A stretch of DNA of 64,000 nt from a virus, in IMG/VR virus record IMGVR_UViG_3300036799_000060; one strand, given 5' to 3'. Under the pieces are notes generated by a model that had not been told where the DNA came from, searched no databases, and saw only the letters and a program-made list of their open reading frames with translations. Made by a program: the position numbers and the translations under genes. Positions within the stretch are counted from its first letter, which is position 1. Each line of letters opens with the position of its first letter. This document shows positions 57,351-63,619 of the stretch, piece after piece.

Positions 57351-57770
57351 TAGTCGATGGCTGCCGAACGTCCGCGCCGTACGACGGCGGTGATCGTTGG
57401 CGCAGACCACCTCACACTTGGCCATTTCCGCCACGATGGCGGCGAGGCCGTTCTTGCTGATCATGTCGCTGATGTTCGCCACCTTGTCGCCCTGGTGATC
57501 GAACTCCAGGACCACGATGTCCGTCTCCCCACAGTCCACGCACGGGTGCGTCCGCAGGTAGTCAGCGACTAGCCGTTGCGCCGCGCGCCTGTTCCGTTCC
57601 CGGCTGGTGGCCCTGGCCGCAGCGTGCCGCGTCCTTGTGGTGAGGTAGTACGCCGCGTTGTACGCGCTTTTGCACTCGCTGCACATGCTGTTGCGGCCAT
57701 CGGTGCGGGCGCGGTTCACCGGGAAGCCTGCCAGCGGCTTGTCCCGCTGGCACTTGTAGCAATGCTTCAC
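57336..57770 (-). CDS. HNH endonuclease (144 aa), paralog of 54581-54964
   Basis: GTG 57770 (VKHCYKCQRDKPL...). HPCVDCGETDIVVLEFDHQGDKVANIS...CEVVCANDHRRRT. Its 3' end overlaps the 5' end of tRNA-Lys(CTT) by about 15 nt. Confidence 0.75.
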   Translation of the reverse strand: MKHCYKCQRDKPLAGFPVNRARTDGRNSMCSECKSAYNAAYYLTTRTRHAAARATSRERNRRAAQRLVADYLRTHPCVDCGETDIVVLEFDHQGDKVANISDMISKNGLAAIVAEMAKCEVVCANDHRRRTARTFGSHRLAPVA

Positions 57771-57801
57771 GGCGTCAGAGCCTACGGCTAAGAGCCGACA
57801 G

Positions 57802-57877
57802 TGGAGCGGATGACAGGAATCGAACCTGCGTAGCCAGCTTGGAAGGCTGGAGCCTAATGCCATTCGGCCACATCCGC
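57802..57877 (-). tRNA. tRNA-Gly(TCC)
   Basis: Acceptor GCGGATG/CATCCGC, stem CCAGC/GCTGG, loop CT-TCC-AA, T-arm GCAGG-TTCGATT-CCTGT, CCA encoded. Confidence 0.85.
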
Positions 57878-57881
57878 ACAG

Positions 57882-57955
57882 TGACTCCCGCAGGGTTCGA
57901 ACCTGCCTACCTCCGGGGTTTCAGTCCGGCGCTCATCCACCTGAGCTAGAGAGCC
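57882..57955 (-). tRNA. tRNA-Phe(GAA)
   Basis: Acceptor GGCTCTC/GGGAGTC, D-arm GCTC..., loop CT-GAA-AC (A31xC39 mismatch), T-arm GCAGG-TTCGAAC-CCTGC. Confidence 0.8.
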
Positions 57956-57959
57956 ATAG

Positions 57960-58034
57960 TCGGGGCGGCGGGATTCGAACCCGCGATTACCTGCTCCCAA
58001 GGCAGGTGGCCTAGCCAAACTGGCCCACGCCCCA
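57960..58034 (-). tRNA. tRNA-Pro(TGG)
   Basis: Acceptor TGGGGCG/CGCCCCG, D-arm GGCC/GGCC, stem CCTGC/GCAGG, loop CT-TGG-GA, T-arm GCGGG-TTCGAAT-CCCGC. Confidence 0.85.
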
Positions 58035-58059
58035 TCACCGGGCCAGCTAGGCCCGTTCG

Positions 58060-58133
58060 TCTGGATGGCAGGATTCGAACCTGCGCCCTCGTGCACCCGA
58101 AGCACGCGCGCTACCAAGCTGCGCCACACCCAG
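58060..58133 (-). tRNA. tRNA-Pro(CGG)
   Basis: Acceptor CTGGGTG/CATCCAG (C1-G72), D-arm GCGC/GCGC, stem CGTGC/GCACG, loop TT-CGG-GT, T-arm GCAGG-TTCGAAT-CCTGC. Confidence 0.85.
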
Positions 58134-58138
58134 TCCAG

Positions 58139-58211
58139 TGGAGATGGTGGGACTCGAACCCACGGCCTCCCGGTTGCGGGCCGGGTGCCCTACCAATTGG
58201 GCCACATCCCC
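58139..58211 (-). tRNA. tRNA-Ala(CGC), C33
   Basis: Acceptor GGGGATG/CATCTCC with G3-U70, D-arm GCCC/GGGC, stem CCCGG/CCGGG, loop CC-CGC-AA, T-arm GTGGG-TTCGAGT-CCCAC. Confidence 0.8.
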
Positions 58212-58296
58212 AGGTAATTCGGCGCTGCGGGCACCGGTCGGCACACCCGCCGATCCTGGCGGACCTCGCCTTCCGGGGGATCAACCCGCAGCCCCG

Positions 58297-58368
58297 TGGA
58301 GCCGGTGAGATTCGAACTCACGACCGTCTGCCTGCCGGGCAGGTGCACTACCGCTGTGCTACGGCCCC
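58297..58368 (-). tRNA. tRNA-Ala(GGC), C33
   Basis: Acceptor GGGGCCG/CGGCTCC with G3-U70, D-arm GCAC/GTGC, stem (C)CTGC/GCAG(A), loop CC-GGC-AG, T-arm GTGAG-TTCGAAT-CTCAC. Confidence 0.8.
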
Positions 58369-58374
58369 TTGATA

Positions 58375-58406
58375 GGTGGCGGTTATCTCCGACGCTTCCC
58401 GCCACC
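58375..58406. other. hairpin inside the tRNA array
   Basis: 8-bp perfect stem GGTGGCGG / CCGCCACC with a 16-nt loop, in the 185-bp gap between tRNA-Trp and tRNA-Ala(GGC). Confidence 0.4.
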
Positions 58407-58490
58407 AGCCAGGCGCCTCTCGGCCGTGTGTAGCCGGGCGAAGACCTGGTGCCAGGCGGATGGCGCCGCCCGGCAAAGGTGAACACGCTG

Positions 58491-58502
58491 TTGAGTTCTC
58501 AA
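58491..58502. promoter_or_regulatory. palindrome TTGAG-TT-CTCAA in an A/T-richer island (candidate operator or internal promoter element)
   Basis: Read directly from the sequence. On the minus strand the context is CCTTGAGAACTCAACAGCG, and a similar CTTGAGA occurs at 8421-8427 upstream of gene 8432. Confidence 0.25.
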
Positions 58503-58553
58503 GGTGCGAGCCGGTTGCCTGCCGTTCCCTCCCGGGTCGGGCTGGTGGCTGCG

Positions 58554-58626
58554 CAGGGGCCGCAGGATTTGAACCCGCATCTGTCGGTTTTGGAGACCGG
58601 CGCTCTAGCCGTTGAGCTAGACCCCC
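58554..58626 (-). tRNA. tRNA-Trp(CCA)
   Basis: Acceptor GGGGGTC/GGCCCCT, D-arm GCTC/GAGC, loop CT-CCA-AA, T-arm GCGGG-TTCAAAT-CCTGC, G73. Confidence 0.8.
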
Positions 58627-58646
58627 ATGTTGTCCTGGTAAAGCTA

Positions 58647-58681
58647 GAAGCCGCCTCCCGGGGCTCCCGGGTGGCGGCTTC
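58647..58681. terminator. hairpin upstream (in the transcription sense) of tRNA-Trp
   Basis: 9-bp perfect stem GAAGCCGCC / GGCGGCTTC enclosing a CCCGGG-rich 17-nt loop. On the minus strand it is followed by TAGCTTTACC. Confidence 0.45.
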
Positions 58682-59021
58682 AGGTTGGGCCTGACGGTCC
58701 TCTACCCTGTTGCCGCCCCGGTGGGCTGCCCGATCGTGTCATAGCCGGACAGCAGCGAGCATGCAGTATGATTCGCTGCTTCTCGCCTGGTGGTCCGACT
58801 GCGTGTCACGGTGCTTGCCCTTCACCTCGTTCGGTGATCTCCTAAAGTACCTGCCCGTACACCGATGTGTCAAACGGGTTTTACGGCGGGAATGTTCCGG
58901 GCGGCTGGACGGCGCCGCCCCGGCCACCCAGAGGTGCAGCCGGGGGCGGGCCGCTGGCTCACATTAACCCGGGCGGCAGCGGCCGTCCAGGACCGGGATG
59001 CGTCCCCCGCCGGGAGACACC

Positions 59022-59100
59022 AGAACGGCCGCTGCGCCTCCCGGACACTGTACCCCCAGTCCTACATGGGTGTACCGCCAGGATGGCGCAGCGGCCGTTC
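59022..59100. repeat. 17-bp perfect inverted repeat AGAACGGCCGCTGCGCC / GGCGCAGCGGCCGTTCT separated by 45 nt
   Basis: Read directly. Lies in an approximately 420-bp region (58700-59121) with no convincing ORF. A third copy of CAGCGGCCGT lies at 58977-58986. Confidence 0.7.
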
Positions 59101-59121
59101 TGAGGCCCTTCACGGGTGGCG

Positions 59122-59388
59122 TCAGCCGCCTGCGCCTCCGCCGGTCGGGCCGGGCTGGTAGCCGCCGAACGCGGGCGCCTTCGCGGCGCCGTTGCCGGTG
59201 TCCGTCCACTGTTCCAGTGCCGTGATCGCCTCACCGAGCCCGGCGGCCTTGGCCTTCTCCTCGGTGGCCTTCGCCGGGTGGCTGTCCGCTAGCGACTTGG
59301 CCGCCCCGGTGTGCCCGCTGCGGAGCGACTTGAGGTAGCCGATCAGCGCGGCCCTGTCGCCCGAGATCGTCACCTGAACTTTGCTCAT
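59122..59388 (-). CDS. small hypothetical protein (88 aa), paralog of 59435-59653
   Basis: ATG 59388 (MSKVQVTISGDRAALIGYLKSLRSGH...ITALEQWTDTGNGA...). GC3 bias. Confidence 0.5.
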   Translation of the reverse strand: MSKVQVTISGDRAALIGYLKSLRSGHTGAAKSLADSHPAKATEEKAKAAGLGEAITALEQWTDTGNGAAKAPAFGGYQPGPTGGGAGG

Positions 59389-59434
59389 GCCGTTCACCTC
59401 CTTCCCGAGCTTCCGTCGCCGTCCACCGGGCCAG

Positions 59435-59653
59435 CTAGGCCGGTGGCTTGGCGCCGTCGCCCGTGTTCTCCCACGAGCGCAGGATCGCCAGCGACTCCTC
59501 CAGGCCCTCCGCCTGGTAGGTGTGCCGGTCCCGGTCCGACTTGCGCCGGGCGTCCGTCGCGGCCTCGTTGTGCGCGTCGCGCAAGCCCTCCAGGTACTCC
59601 ACGAGCCCCGCCTGGCTGCCCACTATGCGCACCGTCACTGCTGCTGATGCCAT
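59435..59653 (-). CDS. small hypothetical protein (72 aa), paralog of 59122-59388
   Basis: ATG 59653 (MASAAVTVRIVGSQAGLVEYLEGLRDAH...LAILRSWENTGDGA...). Same architecture as its neighbour. Confidence 0.5.
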   Translation of the reverse strand: MASAAVTVRIVGSQAGLVEYLEGLRDAHNEAATDARRKSDRDRHTYQAEGLEESLAILRSWENTGDGAKPPA

Positions 59654-59674
59654 GTCCAATCACCTCCCCTCCAG

Positions 59675-59747
59675 TGCCCCCGCCGGGAATCGAACCCGGG
59701 CCACCACGCCCCTAACGGCGGGTACCTCTCCATTGGGCTACGGGGGC
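59675..59747 (-). tRNA. tRNA with Leu-type anticodon TAG, class I, irregular anticodon arm
   Basis: Perfect acceptor GCCCCCG/CGGGGGC, T-arm CCCGG-TTCGATT-CCCGG, A73, short variable loop. The anticodon arm folds only as a 4-bp stem CGCC/GGCG with the 6-nt loop G-T-TAG-G. The D-stem is weak. Confidence 0.6.
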
Positions 59748-59770
59748 TGCCACCCTCCCAGGTGGCTCGG

Positions 59771-60271
59771 TCAGGGCAACGCCTGGACTGACCCCTGGCT
59801 CACGAGCGGCTGCCCGCTGGCCAGCTTGCAGCCGTCCAGGATGTCCTGGTAGGAGGAGAACAGGTGGTTCCGGTAGCCGTACACCGGGCAGGTGATCGTC
59901 TTGCCGACCTGCTGGTTGAGCGCGGCCTGAATGTCGCTGCTGTCGGTCTTGCCGTGCAGCCACGCATCGGTGTTCTCGAACACCACCGGCCGCCCGTCGG
60001 CGAGCTTGCCGAACACCAGGTACTTGTGCCCGCTGGAGCCGGTGGACTGGTCGTCCAGTTGGGTGACCGTGAACGTCACCGTGTGCTGGGTGCCGTACTC
60101 CATCTGCCAGAACCACGAGCCGAAGATCACCACGGCCAGCGCGGCCAGCAGCAGGCCGCCGAGGCATCCCCAGTGCATCCGGTGCTCTTGTGAGCGGACC
60201 CGCCCGTAGGTGGGCACCCGGTAGGTAGTGCGCGTGGCCCTGGCCCGCGCCCGTTCGTAGCTGTCCATCAC
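59771..60271 (-). CDS. membrane-anchored hypothetical protein (166 aa)
   Basis: Listed ORF with one TM segment (CLGGLLLAALAVVIFGSWFW) followed by a soluble domain. A possible DUF1523-like pattern (FENTDAWLHGKTDSSD) is only a weak recollection. Confidence 0.55.
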   Translation of the reverse strand: MMDSYERARARATRTTYRVPTYGRVRSQEHRMHWGCLGGLLLAALAVVIFGSWFWQMEYGTQHTVTFTVTQLDDQSTGSSGHKYLVFGKLADGRPVVFENTDAWLHGKTDSSDIQAALNQQVGKTITCPVYGYRNHLFSSYQDILDGCKLASGQPLVSQGSVQALP

Positions 60272-60310
60272 TCTCTCTCCGTTCCCCCCGGCCGCCGTGC
60301 CGGGGAAGTC

Positions 60311-60646
60311 TCATACCGCCGGGGTGTGGCCCGCCGGGACGGGGGACCACTCAATCAGGAACTCGAACTCGCCCAGCGCAGCCACCTTGGCCCGGTGCGC
60401 CTCGGCCGCCACCCCGGCCGGGTCGGCTAGCTCAATCAGCCGGTCCAGCACGTCGCGCAGATCATAGAGTTCATCCGCGCCGCGCAGCGGCGAATCCTCG
60501 CCCTGCTCGCCAACCCACTCGCCGTACTCCTCAGCGATCTTCCTGGCGCATGAGGCGATCGGATTGCGCGAGGTGCGCCACTGCCCGGAAACGCCGTTCT
60601 CACGGCACCAGTCGGGCTGCCTGTCCCGGACGAGTTTGAAACCCAT
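60311..60646 (-). CDS. MazG-like nucleotide pyrophosphohydrolase (111 aa)
   Basis: ATG 60646. MGFKLVRDRQPDW...IAEEYGEWV...ELYDLRDVLDRLIEL matches the KLVRD..P / EE..E / E..D pattern of the small MazG/PRA-PH family. Confidence 0.55.
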   Translation of the reverse strand: MGFKLVRDRQPDWCRENGVSGQWRTSRNPIASCARKIAEEYGEWVGEQGEDSPLRGADELYDLRDVLDRLIELADPAGVAAEAHRAKVAALGEFEFLIEWSPVPAGHTPAV

Positions 60647-60647
60647 G

Positions 60648-60899
60648 TCAGGCCGCCACCGGGTCGGGCTGCGGGTACCGCCGCGCCAGAGCCGACCCGG
60701 GGTAGATCGCCACAAGCTCGCCGACGATCCCCGGGTTCTCCGCCAGCACGTCACGGTAGTTGCGGGCACAGTCAGCACCCACGCCGAGCCGCCGCGCGGC
60801 CTGGTGCAGCGACATGCCGAGCACGCCCGTGAAGAACGCGAACTCCTCACACGAGGTGTAGAACTCCGGGGTGTGGCTCTGGGCTCCGATGCTGGGCAT
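60648..60899 (-). CDS. helix-turn-helix protein (83 aa)
   Basis: ATG 60899. FFTGVLGMSLHQAARRLGVGADCARNYRD is HTH-like. The start overlaps the upstream stop. Confidence 0.5.
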   Translation of the reverse strand: MPSIGAQSHTPEFYTSCEEFAFFTGVLGMSLHQAARRLGVGADCARNYRDVLAENPGIVGELVAIYPGSALARRYPQPDPVAA

Positions 60900-61507
60900 C
60901 ACGCCACCCCCTTGGCCGCCGCATACCAGGCGCGGATCGCCGACCGGCGCATCCGCCACTCACCCGGCGAGGTAGGCCACTTCGCCACATACTCGAACTT
61001 GAACGCCTGATACGGCAGCGGCGCCCAGCCGCCCGTGCACGTCCAGCACTTGCCGTACCGCTCGGGGTCCAGCAGATCCCGGGGGCCGTCGGCGGCCGGG
61101 TTGTACGGCCGGGCCGAGCCGGTGGGCGCGGACTGGTCGAAGATCACAAGCTGGGTGCCGTTGCACTCCGGGCAGCGGGCCTTGTCCGGGCCGAGCGCGG
61201 CGATCAGCAGCGACCGGGCACAGTCGGCCGGGCCGCTCCCCGCGTACCCCCAGCCCATGCCCGTCGGCGAATGGTGGGGGACGTGGGACACCATGCCGGT
61301 GACTTCCCCGGCGGGCGTCTCAGTCAGGACGATGCAGCCGCCCGTCTCCCGGTAGACGCCGTGGTAGATCACGTCATCGGGGCAGGTGACACGCTCGGGG
61401 TCTTCGGTGACGGCCTGCCCGTCGGCAAGCTCCAGGTAGTTCCTGTCACAGCACAGCAGGTCCAGGGCGGCCCCGCTGGCCAGGTGCGTCGCACCCATGA
61501 TGATCAC
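60899..61507 (-). CDS. DUF6166-like protein with C-terminal zinc-ribbon (202 aa)
   Basis: HSPTGMGWGYAGSGPADCARSLL is the motif I associate with DUF6166. CPECNG...CWTCTGG lies downstream. Confidence 0.5.
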   Translation of the reverse strand: MIIMGATHLASGAALDLLCCDRNYLELADGQAVTEDPERVTCPDDVIYHGVYRETGGCIVLTETPAGEVTGMVSHVPHHSPTGMGWGYAGSGPADCARSLLIAALGPDKARCPECNGTQLVIFDQSAPTGSARPYNPAADGPRDLLDPERYGKCWTCTGGWAPLPYQAFKFEYVAKWPTSPGEWRMRRSAIRAWYAAAKGVA

Positions 61508-61559
61508 TCTTCTCCCTTTGGTTCAGCAGCAGACCAGATTCCGCCGCTCCGGTATCTCC

Positions 61560-62261
61560 TCAGCAGCCCCGCACGGGCATGACCAGGGCGCGGAACTGCT
61601 CGCCGATCGTCACGCCGACCGGGCCGCCTGTCTTGGTGAACTGGAGCGCCACACGCGGCGACACGCCGCCCGGCAGGCCGTCATCGACCTGGCCGAGGCG
61701 GGCCAGCCACTCGGCGGCGATCACCCAGCGGCGGTTAAACGCCATCCCGTCCAGCTTCGCCACCCGCTTGCGCAGCTTGTCCCAGTTCCGGTCCAGGGTG
61801 CGCTCACACCAGCCGTCGGGAAACTCGCGGCGCCCGATATGGCACTCCATGATCGTCAGGCCGTCAGCTACCAGCGTGAGCGCCACCGAGTCGGCTCCCT
61901 CGGTCGCGGCCAGGTTCAGCGTCATGCCGTGCTGGTGCCGCTTGTGGAGCCGCCGCTTCAGTTCGGCCCGGATGTCTTTGGCGGCCTTGGCCGTTTCCCG
62001 GGCGTCCAGCAGCATGCCCTCCACCAGGCCGTTCCGCGCGGTGCGGATCTGCGCCTGGCCGGTGGTGTACCGGTCGGTGGCCTCAGCCACCAGCGTCCCG
62101 TCCACCGTCCGCAGGTGCACCACACACAGCACCGGCAGCGTGGTGTCGGTGGAGGCGAACAGCGCCGCGTTCCACAGGGCGCGGGCCAGTTCGTCCGCGT
62201 CCGCCGTCAGCGTCGCCGCAGCCAGGTGGTACGGCTCGGGCTGCACCGCTGCGGCCGTCAC
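61560..62261 (-). CDS. DNA polymerase III beta-clamp-like protein (233 aa)
   Basis: GTG 62261 forms a GTGA overlap. LPVLCVVHLRTVDGTLVAEATDRYT resembles the clamp N-terminal LP.L..v.l...g.l.l.atD motif. The size fits short phage DnaN-like proteins. Confidence 0.45.
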   Translation of the reverse strand: MTAAAVQPEPYHLAAATLTADADELARALWNAALFASTDTTLPVLCVVHLRTVDGTLVAEATDRYTTGQAQIRTARNGLVEGMLLDARETAKAAKDIRAELKRRLHKRHQHGMTLNLAATEGADSVALTLVADGLTIMECHIGRREFPDGWCERTLDRNWDKLRKRVAKLDGMAFNRRWVIAAEWLARLGQVDDGLPGGVSPRVALQFTKTGGPVGVTIGEQFRALVMPVRGC

Positions 62262-62881
62262 CGGTCCCGCCCCCCCCAGCGCTTCGGCTGCTGCCGGGTG
62301 GGGGAGACGGCCGCCAGGGCCGCCACCTCCTCCTCGGTCGGCGGGGTGTCCGGCCAGTCCCGTATGCGGGCCAGCCGGTAGGCGCGGGTGGAGATCGGGT
62401 GCAGGTTCACCACGTGGTGCTCGCCTAGCTCCCCGTCTGGTTCGATCTTGGAGAACCAGTTGCCGTACCGCCAGCCGCGCGGGTACGCCGCGTCCAGCAG
62501 TGCCAGCGTCTCCTCCGCCTCGGCCACCGCCTCCAGCCCCCTGGACTGGAGGCTGCGGATCGCCTGCCGTTCGCGGGTGATGAACTGATCCCGCGTCGCA
62601 ATGTGGCCGTAGATCGTCGCCGACGGCGGGCCTAGCGGGCTGCCGTCGCCAGTGACCCGCAGCCACGCGTAGTCCCCCCAGCCGATCTGCTGCTGTTCTT
62701 CGCTCGCCTGCGCGAGCCAGCGGGCCTCGCGGGCCTTCAGTTCCAGGAATGTCTTGGACAGGTCGCGGGCCACCAGCGACGGGGCGGCGGCGAGGATCTT
62801 GGCCTCCTGGTCGGGGGTGAAGTGCTCCCCGTCGATGATGACCAGGTCGCCATCTTTGGATGTGAAGCTGATCACTGGCAT
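62258..62881 (-). CDS. hypothetical protein (207 aa)
   Basis: Listed ORF with GC3 bias and balanced composition. Confidence 0.55.
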   Translation of the reverse strand: MPVISFTSKDGDLVIIDGEHFTPDQEAKILAAAPSLVARDLSKTFLELKAREARWLAQASEEQQQIGWGDYAWLRVTGDGSPLGPPSATIYGHIATRDQFITRERQAIRSLQSRGLEAVAEAEETLALLDAAYPRGWRYGNWFSKIEPDGELGEHHVVNLHPISTRAYRLARIRDWPDTPPTEEEVAALAAVSPTRQQPKRWGGRDR

Positions 62882-63228
62882 GTCACTGCCCCCTTCCCGG
62901 CCGAGGCGGCCGTTGCGGCCGACTCCAGCACCGTGACGCCAAGCTCATCCAGCAGCCCGGCCCAGCGGCCGTTATCGTGCGCCCACTGCCACGCCTCACC
63001 CCTGGCGGAGTCAGGCAGGCTGGTGGACAGGAAATAGTGCAGCGCCGAGTTCCGCAGCGACGTGCGCGGGTCCGAGCAGATCGCCTGCGCGTCCTTGACC
63101 GGCACCCGCCACAGGACCCGGTGCTTAGCCGGGCCGCCGTGGGCCGAGATCATCACCACTAGGGCTGTGGGCGCGGGGGCACCGGACGCGGCCTCGGCCA
63201 CTGGCCGTGTGAGCGTGTCAGCGGCCAT
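62872..63228 (-). CDS. hypothetical protein (118 aa)
   Basis: ATG 63228 (MAADTLTRPVAEAASG...) within listed ORF 62872-63552. The part upstream of this ATG is Arg/Pro/Trp-rich noise. Confidence 0.5.
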   Translation of the reverse strand: MAADTLTRPVAEAASGAPAPTALVVMISAHGGPAKHRVLWRVPVKDAQAICSDPRTSLRNSALHYFLSTSLPDSARGEAWQWAHDNGRWAGLLDELGVTVLESAATAASAGKGAVTCQ

Positions 63229-63619
63229 CGCGCACCTCCGCCTCCAGCGCCGTCTTGACAGCGCAGCCGTCACGGTGCTTGACCACGGCCGGGCTCTTGC
63301 CCGGGGTGCCCTCGTACCGGGCGAACTCGCCGCAGCCCTCAGGCCACGACGGGCACCGGGCCGCATGTGACTGCGCCCGGTTCGCCCACTCCAGCGGCAG
63401 GTGCGGCAGCGGGCCATGCTCGCGGAAGCGCTGCGCCGCCGTCCGCAGCGTGTTGGCCATCGTCCGGTACTCGCCCACCAGGGCAACCAGGCCGGATTCG
63501 CCCGAGGCGGCCAGCTTGTCCGCGTCGGTGCGGTAGCTGTCGGCCTCCGCATGCAGCCAGCCCACCACGTCAGCCTTGTAAAGGCGGCTGTTCAGCTCGT
63601 ACTGCTCACTCGCCGTCAT
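63218..63619 (-). CDS. hypothetical protein (133 aa)
   Basis: ATG 63619 (MTASEQYELNSRLYKADVVGW...) within listed ORF 63218-63829. Confidence 0.5.
   Translation of the reverse strand: MTASEQYELNSRLYKADVVGWLHAEADSYRTDADKLAASGESGLVALVGEYRTMANTLRTAAQRFREHGPLPHLPLEWANRAQSHAARCPSWPEGCGEFARYEGTPGKSPAVVKHRDGCAVKTALEAEVRDGR

Noticed and set aside
58739-58927. 62-aa reverse ORF in the noncoding region upstream of the tRNA array
   Set aside because: Poor codon bias over most of its length and a basic low-complexity product. Only a 28-aa tail after an AGGAG...GTG looks marginally plausible.
61497-62580. Forward ORFs of 294 and 333 aa over the clamp-like gene region
   Set aside because: They are antisense shadows with Arg/Pro/Ser-rich products. 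The reverse frames show GTGA/ATGA coupling and recognisable motifs.
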